From NCBI GenBank assembly GCA_000708835.1, contig DF237126.1:97352-161351 (forward strand): a stretch of DNA of 64,000 nt, in the 5' to 3' direction. Numbering within the stretch: position 1 is the first letter of the stretch; every line of letters starts with the position of its first letter. Positions 13,622 to 28,077 of the stretch are shown here, one piece after another. This DNA comes from Klebsormidium nitens. Lineage: Eukaryota > Plantae > Klebsormidiophyceae. The position numbers were made by a program, and so were the translations under genes. Below the pieces are notes generated by a model, which did not search any database, was not told the origin of the DNA, and saw nothing but the letters and a program-made list of their open reading frames with translations.

Positions 13622-16004
13622 GGTTATTGACGTGTCACTGTCACCAGAGGTGCAAACAATCCGCAATGACTTTTCTGATGAGCGGCGCCATTGTCACATG
13701 GCGCTTGCAAGTTGCAGCAACTCCTGTGCTCCTATTAATGTGACGCTTCGTACATAAGTATGCGCGCGCGAGGGCAAGTTGGTAGGGGGGCAGGAATTCG
13801 TTCAGGCATTTGATTAGAAGTAGTTGCCCTTCAAGTTGGAAACCACGGGCAGCAGCCGCTGTATTCTCAACACATGAGTTCACCATTACCGAGCGATAAT
13901 GCTTTTCAATGAGCCCCCTTAAAAAGGTCAAAGCTGCTCGCTACCTGCTCTGTAATTTTGTGTGTGCGTGTGTGTTTTTACAGATTCATTGCAGGAAGCA
14001 GGTTGGTGGCGCTTTGCACGGAGTGGCGCATGTGGACAAAAGCTTCCCAGACTGTGGCACCCCTGGTGTCTCAGCATGTCGGCACATAGTTTTCAATCTG
14101 AATTGCCCCCTGCAGCCGGCGCCGCCCCCGCTACCTGATTTGCCAGTTCTGTTTCAGAGTTGTCGGCCTGATGATGAGCTAGAACGGAGATCTGAGAGCG
14201 CTGTGTCGAAGCCTCCATTTAGGGGCTCCACCGCTCTGTCCGGATGAGAACCTAGCACAAGCAGCTGATGGGCCGAAGTAAGTCTTTTCTCGTCGGTTGG
14301 ATCTTCTTGGCGCCTGCTTCTTTTCATTCTCGGTTTCTTTGAAGCAATCTTTTCATCAGAAGCTGACACTGGTACGTGTCAAGCTGGGAGAATTGCCTTG
14401 GTGCTATTCGTAGCTCAATCGACGAGGTGCTGAGTTGTGATTCCTGCATCTGCTGTCCTGCAATGCCAGGGGCACCCTTTGCAGTCAGGATTGCGTTTCT
14501 GGTGTCTTTTAGGTGGAACAGCAGTTTGTTCTTGTTTAGAGTTGAGCTGCAACCAGGTTCAGATGCGCGACGCCACAGCAGCAAGTTGGTTGCAGACTTA
14601 CCCTTGTTTAGGACACTTCAATGTCTATCATATTTGTTGCCCCGCTTATTTCTGTACCTCAAAGTCTGGCTGAACTACTCTAATTTTTCTCTCTTTTGTT
14701 CCTTGACAAGTATTCCTGTCAAATGATCTTTACAGCTTGGACACTTGGACATTGTCGATCTTGCCACTTTTGCCAGACACGCCTCAATCCGTTCTGTCAC
14801 GGGTAGAACTTCCTGGAAACTTTCCTGGAATCAACACGCTGGAGAACTTGACGCTTGCCTTTCCTTTTACTGCTCTGCTTTGACCTTCCCTCCGGGAATG
14901 TCTGTTTATCCTTGTGAGTCACACTTTTGCTTTTGTTTCAAGCTCAATCGCTTGGACAGACCCACATCAAATCCAACATGCACCGAAAACGTACGGTCAA
15001 AAAGTCAGACGTTTGATGCAAAGAGCCTGGCACTGCCCTTTTGAGTACAGGGAGACTTGTTCTTTTCGTGACAGCCCCCTTGAAACACCTCTTTGGTGTT
15101 TCTTAGATCATCAAATCGAAAACCGTTCAGACACTACGCTTGCAAGATGTTTAGGCACCTGTTCAGACCCTGGCGATTAGCAGTGGACCGAAAGACAGCG
15201 CTCAGTTTGAGCGCCGCTGAAAATTTACTGATTTGACAATCCTATGACTTGCAACTCTTAGCCCCAATTGTCTCTATGCCGCGGGGTGGTCGTAAAGATT
15301 AATCTTGCATCATGAACCTCCATGATGACAATTGATTTTGCTGGCATGCGCAACGGTTACTCCTCTTATACTAAGACAGCTGGAATGAGAGCAGCGCACA
15401 TGTCCGATCGTCATTTAACGATACGTGTGCATATCATGGCAGTATGCTTCGCGAGGTGTGGTGTGAGCAATCAGATAATCACTCGAGCGGCCGGGTAGTC
15501 TCCACAAGCTATCATGCATCAGACAGCTTGTAGGACCATGCCGCCATGAAGCTCTGTAGTTTATATCATCTCGTCCATGCACCATGGATCTGATGTAGTT
15601 ACGTCCTGGCAACATAAGTATGCGGCGGGCATACTTTAGAGCTAGAGATATCGTCCACCCTTGCTTGATTAGATACATTCAGACGACATCCGTATGAAGC
15701 ATACTTTTTTCTGGAAAGAGCAGCACCATAAACGCGGGTGCACTCATGGCGTGCTGACAATACAGCCATATATTTGGGGATGGCACAATTGCAACCTGGA
15801 TGTGCGCTGGATAGCACAGGGAAGGACGCGACAGAACATTGCTTCGAAAACGCCAGCAGCACCTGGGTATTCAAGCATAAACTTCGAGAGATTGCTTTGA
15901 GTAAATTGTAAGAATTATGCTGACTGAAGGTGAAGTCAAAGGGTCTCCGCGCTTACAAACGCTGCAGAGTAGACAGCGTCACCAACGACACTCAGGGACT
16001 CCGC

Positions 16005-19000
16005 TCAGAGACTGCGGTAGTCAAGCACTGGGACCTCGTCACTTGGTGCATCCAAATCCACGTACCTGCACAACCACCAGCTCAATAAGCCTCACGACAA
16101 TCCTGCCCTTAGAGCAGTTTTCTCAAGCATGCGTGTTTTGCATATCCCAGGCAATCGTAATGTCGAAATACCCCAAATACCTTCCTGTAAAATTTTGACG
16201 AGCACGCAAATTGAAAGAATGAGCTGAACGACTCACTCTCTCACTCCCCGCGGGTCCTGCCTCATGTTTGGCGGCGGCGGCATCATGGGCATGAACCCTC
16301 CCCGCATGAACCCACCCCTGCCCCTCCCCCTGAAGCCCCCTCTACCCCGACCGCGCCCCTCCTGCCTGCCCATCTCCTCCGGAGACATATCCTCCCGCAC
16401 CGGTCCCAGTCTCGCCGCCAGATTCCTGTCAGGGGGTGGGCCTCTACCCTCCGGCGGGCCCAACTGCTCAGGGGGGCCCCGCGGTTCGATCGGGCCCCGT
16501 TCGGGGGGCAAAGGCCCCAGTCGATCCGCCAGGGGGGGACCTCGGGGAGGGGGCATTTCGGGGATGAACCCGTCGTCGAAATCCTGGTTGGCGATGACCG
16601 GGCCCGGGCCGAGCGGGATGCCGCCTGCCTCGCGCTGAGCCAGGATGCGGCGGGCGACGTCTGGGGGCGCGGGGACGAAAGGACCGAGAGGGCTGCAGCG
16701 ATAGGAATACTTCGTTCCTTGACGTTGTGAAAGAGGAGAAAACGTTGTTCGAATATTCAAAGCGCTGGTAAAATGAGAAGCGCGACTTTGGAACCGTGGC
16801 TAGACGCTTTTGCGAAATGATCAAAGGCCGCTCCGAAAACCCGACAAAAGCGGCTTCAGCTCAAACCTGTTGACCCTATCGCAAACCGATTGGAAGCGAA
16901 GCCATCATTCTTGCAAGGCGGAAGGGCGGCCGCTTGCCAACAATTCACAAGTACAGCCGCCCGCTCATCCAAAGCACCTAGAAAAGAAAGACGGGCACCA
17001 GCGTGCGTCCCTTACCCTGCTCCGGGCACTGGTATGAGCACTTGCGGCATGGGTGCGAAACCCGGGCCCCCAGGGCCGCGCGGAAACGGGTCGTCGAACA
17101 TGGGCCCGTCGAAGTCGACTGGCCGCCCGGGGCCAAACTCGTCGTCGTACATGGGCACGGGCATCCGCTCCCGGGGAAGATAGCCTGCGCAAAAGCACCC
17201 AGCAGAAGAATCAGCATCTGGAAAAGAGCGCAACACATTCCCGACAAGAGGCAGCGAAATAGAAAAGATTCTCGAGAGAAAGACTTACAATGAGGAGGTC
17301 AGAAACAATCGAATCTCTTAGCCAGAAACAATGAATGGCAAAAAAGACCCAAAACCCTGCAGCAGATTCCCACAGAAAGGCCTGGGCAGCTCACCATCTC
17401 CCGGCGGTTTGCCCGGCCGTCCGTCCATCATGTCCCGCGGGTCGTCGAATGGCACTATCGGACGGTCGTCGAACGGAGGGCCCTCCATCCCCGGTCCCCG
17501 GAAGGGCGGCGCCCGAGGGGGGGTAAAGCCCCGGGCGAGGGGGACGGCCCGACCCCGGCCCCGGCCCCGGACCCCCGTGGCCGGGGGAGGGGGCGGGAGG
17601 TCGCGCTCGAGCAGCTCCCGGCTCTGGGGGGGCAGGTCCCGCTCGTCGGCGATCCCCGGGCCCAGCCGCTCGCGCATGGGTCGCCGAGGCGGCTCGTCGC
17701 GGCGGAAAGGGCCACGGTCGCGGGGGGGAGGCTGGAGAAGAGAGACGACGTGAGGCGCTTCATACAGATGTATTGACCGTCCCCTTCTATTTGCTGGGCC
17801 GATTTGATCAAAAGCAGCCACGGATCTCTTTGTTCTGGGCGAGCTCTTGCCGCTATATCCCCATCGTCCACAAAACGTAGACAAAAATCGCCAAAGCCGA
17901 AAAAGCGTGTGTTTCCGAAAAAGAGCGTTGCTGACTTGTGCAGAGTTTCTAGTCGAGTCTTGAGAAGAGAGGTGCACGTTCGTTGCTCCAACGAGCGCCC
18001 AGGAGACCAGTTTGTGGAATCTTTGTGAGGGTGGTTCATTCACCTGACAGCCTGATACAGCCTACCATTTCAAAGAGCCACAGAAGCATCATGCCGCGGC
18101 TTACCTGGTTTCCTTTCGAGGGTGGAGGACCAAGGTTGACGGGGGAGTTCGGATCACTGCAAAAACAAATGACATGATCTGAGACCTCATATCCAGAATT
18201 AATTAGTGGTTGGTAATTATCTCAGATGCACACGCTCGATTCCAACTAAATCCATGTCCCTGAAAGAGTAAAATTCGAAGCGAGAGTAGAGTTGACTCCG
18301 CCACCTTTCGACAATCAACGTTTCCATTCCCTTGCAACTTTGTGATATTTCATTGATCAGCTGTCTGATACGGAATCAAAGAGCGACTATCCGTTCATTT
18401 GACGAAAGCCATGAAGCAATCAGCATCGTCTGACGGGAGCGCTCACTTGAGGTAGTTTGCAAAATAGACGTCGTTCAGTGCCCGCTCCTTGAGCGGCTCG
18501 ACTAAGCTCGGGTGCTTGGCCTTAAGATGCTTCAGGACGAAGTCGGGGCCGTGGAACAGCTGCAAAGCAGAGCGTTTGCTTTAGAGCACAGAGGAAATAT
18601 AACCCGCACATCACGTTCACGTCAGAGCACAAACTGGGTAGCGTCGGGTTGGGTTGGAAACAAAGCACAATAAATGGCAATCGTCTAATCCCGGCTTCTT
18701 TGCCGCCGAGAAGGCACAAGAGGAACTAGAAGACCAGAGCTCTAGGCGTAAACTGAAAAAGAACGGAAACTATGTAGCCTTGAAGATCGCAATTGGTCAC
18801 TTGCATGACACAAGTTCCCCACAGAATTCGAAGTCGACAGTGACACGTTCTTTCTCCAGCATGGGCTTGCTATCACAGCCTCACCTTGGTACAGCCCTGC
18901 GCTCCGCAACCATATTTCCAGCCGTACTTGGCATCCTGGGTCTTCTTGGTGTACCCATCCAGGCCCTTGTCAATGGCCGCTTGGACCTGCAGAAGACCAT

Positions 19001-22000
19001 GACGACGCTCGCCACGTCAGACTACCCCCAACACTGTCTGCTCGCAGGTTGCGTTCAAGCACGAAACATTCTTGGAAGAAAATCCATCCTCAGAGAAGTG
19101 CAGATTTCTTCAAGTCAAAGAGGAAGGATAGACGCTATTTGCATAGCCGCGAGTGAGCGCCGTCGACTAGAATCTGATAAACTCTGGTGAACGCGTTACC
19201 CGGACAAACGGCGTTCAGGCCCAATCCTTCATTGGCAAGGCCTTACATCAGCAATGAAAGGTGCAATGAAGGTGGTCAAAAGGACTGCCCTACTGTCCCT
19301 CACCTTATCCGCACCAAGCAGAGCTTCGATCGGATCCCCCGTTTTCAGTCTCGCTTGCCAAACGGCGTCGATCTGCAAGCAGTGCCATTAGCCGTTAGTG
19401 ACTCGCCGCGTCAGACTTGACAGCTCGCTCGAAGACGACCCACCTTCCCGGTCATTGCAACTGCTTCGATGGATCGAATCATGGAACATGTAAATCATCC
19501 AACTAAGCCTGGATTGATTGAAATCAAGCTGCCGAGCCACCTCGAGAAACCGGCACGCTGTGATCAAAACCCTTCATGCGAACGTCGGAAGAGAATTGGA
19601 CTTGCCCCAGGAAAGGCAGATGCACGAGCAGAGACCAACCTTCTGTTCCCAAGCGGTCCCCTCTGGCGTGGCCGCTACCTCGCTGACGGGGGCACTCCGA
19701 TGGTGACGGTCCCCGCGCCCCGACCTGGCCTCTAGCCCCCCATAGTAGTCCACAAAATGGACCAGCCACAGGTACGTGAGCAGCGCATCCAGCAGCTTGT
19801 CCCCGTCCAGGCTAAAATCTGCGGCCCCGGCACCGGTTTCTGACGCTTCAACAGACGCAATCAGCTTGTTTTCCGGGATGTTCTTTTCAGCGTCCTGCAA
19901 GAGCGTCCGAGAAGGTGATGAGAAACTGGTTGACCGCTGGGAATGTAACGCATGGCTTTTACGTCGCCTTGGCCTTTCCAGGAGCAATGTGCACGAAATA
20001 AAAGCTGGGTCGCAACTGCTAGCAAGAATCACAACTTAAAAATTTCAGGACGAAAGGCATGCGCTTGCTTTGAAGCGGTTTTGAGCGCAGGAGAAGATGG
20101 TGTTCGCGAATGGAACAACTCACAAGCTTCTTGATGAGCGCCGTGCACTGCTTGATGTCCTGCTGTATCCTTTGGGGGTCTGACGCAATTGCAGGGACCT
20201 TGTCATCACGACGCCTGTCATCGTCTCCATCCAGCGGACCCCTGCAGAACCACGAAGGTTTCACTCCAAGTTAAGCATAACCAGCGAAGGGACAAAAACC
20301 AGAGACCTATCCAACCAGCCTGCAAATTGCCTTCCTTCATCAGCATATGTTGCATATGATAACCTTACTCTGAATCCTAAGAACGGAAGACTTGAAATGC
20401 CATTGGAACTTACGTGCGTAGCTTGCCCTCATCCAGATCCTTTGCAAAGGTAGCTGCTGCCGCCTGCGCCTTTTCCAACTTCCTGCATTCAGAACGCAAC
20501 ACATCTGATGCACAAATTGCAAAACGAATCTTCCTAGAACCCCCCCAAATCGCTGAAGCTTCGAGAAAACGTACTCGGAAAAACTCTGAAGCCAAAAGTT
20601 CACTTTGAGAACGGTGCAGTGGATGGACCAGGCACCCCCAGGCAAAGGAGACCAAGCAAATGGATGCCAGATGAGCGCATGCCAACGTCACCATCAAAAT
20701 GTATCGATGCCACAGTTTTACCACAACACTCTTACTTCTGGCCCTTCACAATATGCAGACCAGTCAACTTGAGTCAATGCCTGCTCTCTTTGCGAGAACG
20801 GGAATGGGAACAAGCTGGCTGCCTCACCGCTGCCAAATTTCTTCGAGCTTCACAGGGTCATACTTCTCGCGAAGCCTGCATGAACAATCAACAGGGATCA
20901 GATAGAAAAGTTCCGGTGCAAGAGGAGCACAGGCCACGGGGCACAGAACATCGATAGGGTCACTTCTTCATAGCGGCACGAGCAGATTATAATTGGAATC
21001 GACGCTGCTGCTTAACTGAATCCATGGATGATCAGCTGTGGCAGAAAAGTCATGAGCATCTTTTTTCTAAACAGGTTTAACTCACTTACCACACACAAGA
21101 AGAGACCTTACATCAGGAAAAATTGGTGCAGCGGCTCTAACGTGCATTGCCTTTGACATCAAAGGTCAGTGAAGCTGGCAGGGGTTACAAGGGTACTTAC
21201 TCTGACCGTTTCTTGTTCCGCTCAAAATACTCCCGTTTGCGTGCTTGGACAAACTGTGTCTTGTATTCTTCGTACCTGCAGGGTCATGAAGTGGCGCTCT
21301 AGATTCTTGGCGCCTCATTAATGCATGCCGGCAATGGATCAAAAAAACGGCGACCCTTCCCGAAGCATCGTGTTCAATCTCCAATCACCTTTGATTGGGG
21401 GCAAAAGCAGGTGCTTCAACAGATAGATTACATAGATACTCCGTTTGTCAACAAAACCAGTCAGCAATGAAATTAGATTGCTCCAAAAGGATGTGTCCAC
21501 CGGCAAGTACCAAGAACTGACCTTCGCTCTCCTTCGGCTGGACTGATGTCATCAGGTAGCGTGAGTAAGAACTGCTTGTAGCTTTGAAGTCCCTCCCCAT
21601 CCTCTTGTCTGGAAACACAACAGCAAAAAGAGACATCAAGTTCATTGGTTTGCATAACTTCTTAAACGAAGTTGCAACATTGTCACGAGGAAGGCACTTC
21701 AAACACAGTGCACATAGCAGAGTGAATCTTTCTTTACTAAGCAGAGGACACAAGTAATACCAAAAACATCTTGGGCACGTCTGTTTTCGTTATACCAAAT
21801 GCTGGAAATCCATTCGCACCTTCTGCCTGGTGGAATATCCCAGCCACTTGCAAAAGCAGGGTCTGCGGCCCCGTTGCGTGGTCGGCGACCTGCAACAAAT
21901 GAAAATGAACTTGGAGGGCTGGGAAAACAAGAATGCCGTCTGAGAGTTTTCCAATCCACATGGTGGCATCGGTAGCATCATTGAACCACCACTCCTCCTT

Positions 22001-23387
22001 TACTTGGCAGAACTGCAACATATCCAGACCCAAGGGGTCGAAAGAACCTGATCAAAGCCCATCAATGAAAGCACGTTCACCAATCTTATGAAGCACGTTC
22101 ACCAATCTTATGCAGCACGACCCACACGACAGACCACCTTCCAAATATGCTGTCAGTAATAGAAGCAGGTATGGAACTTTACCAGCATCATCAAAAGGTG
22201 GCGGTGGGGAGTCTCCTCGCGCGGCTTCAAACCGGAACTTGTCAGCGTTGCTGTCAATGCACGGATCATCCACATTAGAATGCAGGCAAAACCTTGCCTA
22301 CCTTCAATCTAAGCCTGCCGCGCTCATCAAAGGATAGACTTGCATTACAGCTTTCGAAAGCATATAAAAGCATACAAAAACTGGCATACCACCAGCTTGC
22401 TAAGAGGATGCACGCTTGAGGAATTACTGATACCTGTCGGACCCTTCCTTCAGCTCCCTCCCACTCTGACGATTGCTGCTAAATAATCTTACATCAATAC
22501 TACCTTACTATTGAATTCGGATGGATGGAGAAGATGGCTCCATAGAGGAAGGGGTAACTTGATTCAATGGCCTCCTATCACTTGAATTGATTTCACACTG
22601 CGGGATTCACCAGTGGTTGTAGCTACCAATGGAGCTTGCAATTTCACTAGACGATTGAAAGCGGGGTAAAATCGGCTCATTACTTGAAGCTGGTGAAAGG
22701 CGGGCAATATCTGGGAGCCCTTGAAAAGGAAGGACTGCGATGACTTGTATGTTTGGTATATGATCGACCTCGACAATCCAACGATGCTGGGATCTCGATA
22801 ATTGGAGGCCTTCTGACGTTTCTTGCTGCATTGAGCGTGTTGTTGGCCTCCAGGGAGGCAGATTGCTGCCCTGCTCATGCTGGCCACATATGCAGCCCTC
22901 CACCTTCGTTGCCCTTTCTTGGCACCAGGATGCCCCAGATGTCCGCTGGAAAACCGCGCGACTAGGACCGAAGGACGCATGACTAGCCCTCTGAAAACCA
23001 GCGGCTCCTCAGAATGGTAAACAACTGACGATTTTGCAGCTGTTTAGCCAGTTATCTATGGGGACATTTGCCAGCAGCATGACCCTTTCCTGGCCGTGGC
23101 TGCTCGAACTTGATTAGGCAAAGAGTACCATTCTCGGAGACTTGGATCACAAAAACAAGGTAGCCATCTAGCATGAAGCCTGCGCGTCTTTACCTCCTGC
23201 CCCCTGATCGCCTTCCACCTCCATCGCGCTCATCCTCGCGCCTGCGCTTGCCAGGTGGCGACCGGCGTCTCTCCCTTTCTCTGAAAGGCGGACTCGGGCT
23301 CTTCTCTCGAGCCCGCTTGGTATCTCTTTCTCTATCCCGCCGGTCATTAACAGCCCGGTCCTCCCTTGCGACAGCCCCGCTCCCCAT
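16005..23387 (-). CDS. SE: SERRATE/ARS2 RNA effector (miRNA processing, cap-binding complex); multi-exon
   Basis: LQSYKQFLLTLPDDISPAEGERR|YEEYK, LLDALLTYLWLVHFVDYYG, KYGWKYGCGAQGCT, LFHGPDFVLKHLKAKHP (C2H2 zinc finger), VLIPVPGAGPLGPFVPAPPDVA and terminal YVDLDAPSDEVPVLDYRSL* (stop at 16005-16007). The true start may lie slightly upstream of 23387. Confidence 0.95.
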
Positions 23388-23867
23388 CCTTCTCGTTGCA
23401 GACCCCTATAATCCCCCTCACTGTCAGCACACAGAAGGGCGCCCGCACGATCCCCCCTTCTTGAAAAGCAAGCGTGGAAAGAGAACTTTCCCGAAATTTT
23501 CAACGAGTATGAGAGCTCGGGTTAGGATAGTCGAAGGCTGTCCGCTAACCCTTTGAATCCACATCAGCGCTTCATGCATGAGACAAGCTAGTAGGAACCG
23601 GTTAACCCGAATGTTAAACCAACACAGCAACCCGCTTCCTTGGTGTTCCTTTGATGAGGAGCTTACTAGTTGTATCACCTTCCTCCCGCACATCTTGTGC
23701 AAGCAGTAGCCCTGAAGCCCACGCTTGGCGCTTGAACCCCACCATCACACAGATCTGCTGTGAGCTTTTGTCATTGAAGTGCAGCAGCAGTTGCCATAGT
23801 CGGGACTGCAAGGTGGTGGAGTCTTTGATTCAAAGGACTTCATACTGTGGGAGCACAACCAGGGGCA

Positions 23868-26800
23868 ATGGCGCCTTCGAAAGCTGGTCTGATTGTGACC
23901 ACCACGCAAAGTCTGCCGTTCTCAGTGATTGGCAATTTTCAGGCACAGTTCAGTCTAGGCAGCGCCGTCCATGTGGTGACACAAGCCGGACAGCTAGGTG
24001 AGCTTTCCTGCAATTGTGAGCAGCAAGACATATTAGGGTTTGTTTCCCGCCTTTCTTGTCTTAGGGTGGTGGCAAGCCGCACCTTGAATCCATGGTCGCA
24101 CCTAGGGTTTCTTATTTCGTGCACCAGGTTCTCACAATTTGTCTCATCAACACACCCTGCTTGATGTGCGTCTGTGAATGAACTCACTCCTGGTTCCCCA
24201 GCTTGTTGACTCTGAAGTCACTTCTGCGATCCCTTTCATCGATCGCCTGAGTATTCATCTCAGATGCCGCTAGGCTCATGAGATGGTGGTTGACAAGTCC
24301 GTTTAAAGCATCTCTGGTTTTCTCTCAGGTACCTTGGATGCGGAGCCATCCTCCTTTGGCGCAGTCCTGTCCCTCTCGGATGTTCCTGGCCACCACACAG
24401 ACGCCTTCTTGGCGGAGCTCTCTAGGGTGCTCCAGCCGGGGGGCACCTTGCAGCTGCAAGAGCCGGTGGCCCGCCGCAAAGCATCCCAGGATGAAGCAAA
24501 GGTGCTTAAACACCACCCCGCAAAGTTGAAAAGTTAGGGGCTGAAAGCACAAGAGCTGCTATGCTAGCAGGTTCTTCAGTTTGAGCGCGGTTGTTCTGGT
24601 GTCAAGGGTGCTGTCACTCACAAGTCAGCCCCTGGAACTGCAGATTTCTGAGCAGCGTGTGTTGTTTTGCGGTTGGTATTCTTCCCGGTCTTCATTAAGG
24701 AGTGGTGGCAAGTACGGAGACTGTTACTGTCAGCACATGCTGACTCCTGCTTAAGCTTGCAATCCAGCCTGTTTCAAATCCAACCAAACCTTCACTTTAG
24801 GCGAGTGGGGAGATCACCATGCTTTGCAGTTAGTACCTTACTGGCCATGATCATGTTTATCGAAATGGCACATTCTAGGACTTTTCTTTAAAACAGGATT
24901 GGGTTGAGCAGAATCTTTCGGGCCCTGACTAATTCTTGATGACCCATCCTTGTTGCAGAAGCTTGGGGGGGCGCTTGTATCCAGGCTGCAAACTCAGGCA
25001 GACGTTGAGAGGCTCCTCCTACTGGCGGGCTTCTCAGCAAAGGAGAACATCCCCGCGCTACCAGAGGGGGGCCTGGCCAAGCAGTGGACTGGCATCACAC
25101 CCGCGTCCATAGGTTCGATACAAGGGCCTCTCGTACAGCCTTTTGCGGTGAGTTCAACAAGAGTGGTCATGGGAGTATGTTCCTTACAAGAATGGTCGTT
25201 GGAGTACGTTCCTTGACAGAGTTGCTACTTTGTCAAAGAGCTTCTTCGAACTCGTGGAATCGCCTGTTTCCTCTACACTGGATAGTCAATGAAAGAGTAT
25301 TGTGCAGCATTATCTTGATAACCTGTGTGCCGCCGTGCAGGTGAAAGTACAGAAGCCTCAGTGGAGCACAGGGACGTCGTTTGCCCTGAAGAAAAAGGTC
25401 GCAAAGTCAGGTGCGCAGTCTATCTTGTGGGAGGCTGACCACATTCAATCGAGGATTGCAATTGTAACCGCCCGTGTGCTCAGGTCCAGACTCAACGATG
25501 GGGTTTCATCATGCCGCAGGCAGCAAAGAACGTGTTTTGTCGGTCATAATTGCAATATCCATTCCATAGCTATGCTCATGGTTTTCGTTTCATAGCAGCT
25601 TTTAGAAGCATTCTCGGGCTCCGGAAAGTCTCTCTTCTCAGTTACTTCGCTTATCACTATGTCGGCAGAGCTCTCGTCTGTGTTGGATAGACAACTTGGT
25701 TTCCTGTTCCTCGATCTGGTCTCCGAGTTCCCCGCGCCAACCTTTCCCTCCGTCCCTGTAGCCGCTTCTGCAGCACCCAACGGCGCCGCCAAAGCGCCCG
25801 TGCGCCTCTCCGCCACCGACATGGATGACGTCATCATGGCCCCACAGCCCCCTGCGCCCGCAGTCCCGAGCACGAGCGGGCAGAGCAGTGTGTGGAAGAT
25901 GACGATGGATGACGACGATGCCGAGCTGGTGGACGAGGATGCGCTGCTGACAGAGGAGGACATGGTGCGGCCGGCGCTGCCAAATAACCCCGTCAGTGAG
26001 TGACCGCTCGCGAGTTTTTAGTTCACCTGTCTTTGCTTGTTATCCCTTGCGGACTTTCCTTGAGGAGTTTTGTGTTTTACGAGGTACTTTCAGGGTGGAT
26101 TTGGGGCTCAGGTTGCTGAGCGGTACTTGCTAGGGTGGAGGCAAAGGTGGGACTGCCGCTCTTCCATTCAGGGTTTAGCGAGTCCTCGCAGCTCAGGGGC
26201 CTCTCCTCTGGCAGAGAAGTCCCTGCTGACTAAGGCATCTCTCCGAACGAATCCGAGACGAAACTCGTATTCAAACGGTCCATAAACGGTCTGGCATGCG
26301 TCTAAACCCTGGGGTCTTGAGTTGAGGCGCAGAAGGCCTGTGAATCTTTTTGGGTCGTCTCCTCTGCTCGAGATCTCAACGTGTTCCCGTCCGACTTGAT
26401 CAAAGACCGAGACTCTCAGTGTTTCAGACGACGGCCCTCAGCTCCTCCGGATCCAGAGTTAGAGCACCTTTCGCAAGTTCTTGTCATTTGAACTTCGCTG
26501 TTGTTACAGGCAGACTGCGGGTGATAAAAACCTTGCTTCTCATGATCCTGACATCTTTTGGTTGTATGCAGCTGACGACTGCGGGGCGTCTGGGCGCAAG
26601 GCGTGCAAGAATTGCACCTGCGGGCGGGCCGAGATGGAGGAAGCGGACCCCAAGACAACTGTGAAGGCCGTGCTGACCAGCGACCTGCTGGAGAACCCGC
26701 AGTCAGCATGTGGAAGCGTGAGCACCTTTTTGAATTTATCCGCCCTGCCGTCATGCTTGGCGACCTGTTATCTAGCGTTTGCATGCTTGATTGGGTATGG

Positions 26801-27352
26801 CGCGGATGCCATCTACGGTCATCTATGAGTTTTACGAGTGGTGATTTCCTGCCAAGGACGGGGTTTCTTCAAACCTCATCTCACTGTCTATGCGAGTGAA
26901 CTCAGGCGGAAACAAAGACGGGAAGGTTTTTGAACGGGTTGCCTGGGCCACCGCCTCACTTTTCTCACTATCTTGAATGACGCCTCTTTCTTGCAGTGCG
27001 GCCTAGGTGACGCCTTCCGGTGTTCCGGTTGTCCGTACAAGGGGCTGCCTGCGTTTAGACTCGGCGAGAAGGTAAGCGGAACACCATGGAACATTGTCGA
27101 GAGGCCGTTTGAAAGACAGCCAGTTTCATTGGTGATCGCAGCCGGGTGAATTTGCAGAAGGAGCTTTGCCAGCAAGCCCCCCCCCCACCCCCCTGGAATT
27201 GCAGCACTGCATCTTGCGAAAGCTTCTTGCGGGAGAGAGCCTCTTTCTCTCCGCCATTCGTTCAGAGCGGCATGTTGATTGGGGCTGACTCGATTCGCTT
27301 GCGCCGCTTGCAGATTAGCCTACCAACCTCTTTTTTGACCGCCGATGCATAG
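23868..27352 (+). CDS. DRE2: Anamorsin/DRE2 (CIAPIN1), cytosolic Fe-S cluster assembly factor
   Basis: Exon 1 23868-23997 joins in phase 1 to [11 protein letters not shown] (methyltransferase-like fold). C-terminal Fe-S motifs [18 protein letters not shown] and SACGS|[25 protein letters not shown]. Last exon [12 protein letters not shown]. Confidence 0.95.
24033..24110 (-). promoter_or_regulatory. Telo-box cluster (AAACCCTAA / AAACCCTAG on the minus strand) in DRE2 intron 1, about 0.7 kb upstream of SE
   Basis: TTAGGGTTT at 24033-24041, TTAGGGT at 24061-24067, TAGGGTTT at 24103-24110. Function is inferred from plant telo-box knowledge. Confidence 0.35.
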
Positions 27353-28077
27353 GGGGCTGCTGAGGACGTGGGCGCTCATCGTCTAGTGTTTGAGGAGTTA
27401 TGAAGAGTCGATTGTGATGAGGACTTTGATAGTAAGGACTGCAGCAAACTCTTGGTAATGACCAAGGGCAATTCTGCAACTGGGATTTAGCCATAACTTT
27501 CACGTTCTATACCTCTACCGCGCGATGAATTGACGCTTCATCGCGGGGGGTGATCTTCTCGGATCAGCGGACCTAAAATGCGCTTATCCGTGGCCAAGCG
27601 CATGATTTTGCAGGATTGTACGCAATCTTTTCGGCCTTTGCACAAAATTGTATCGCAATGAGGTCATGCCTCGAGCAGTGTCACGACCCCTTTCGTTTGA
27701 CCCTCCAGTAGCATGGACATCATGAGGGAATACGAGGATGAGTGCATAATTGAGATGCAGTGTCGATCTTCGAGTCACTCTTCAACTTGGAGCCGGAAGT
27801 TTACCATCGACCTGGATCCAAGTATGTTTATCACCACTAGCTCAGATTTTGTCTAGCAGCATCATATTCACACTTATCCTTATGCAAATTTGTACTCAGT
27901 GCTACATTTTCGTGATCAACAACACGTGGAACTCACCGAATACGTTGTCTCCAGTCAGCTCAGGAAGCTCGCGGTACTTCCGATCCAGCTTAGTAGGCCG
28001 CGCTACAGTTCAGCCTGCGCCGCGGCTGCGGTGAATGGGAAGGAGATGCCATGATGAGTCCCAATGATGCAAAACGG

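Noticed and set aside
13650-15200. Possible extra gene or upstream exons between EMB1381-like and SE
   Set aside because: Lys/Arg-rich fragments (e.g. 14154-14369) could not be joined into a stop-free model. Left unannotated.
22069-22112. Short tandem duplications (22 bp here; 16 bp at 34454-34485; 20 bp at 46422-46468)
   Set aside because: Two-copy intronic slippage duplications with no further structure.
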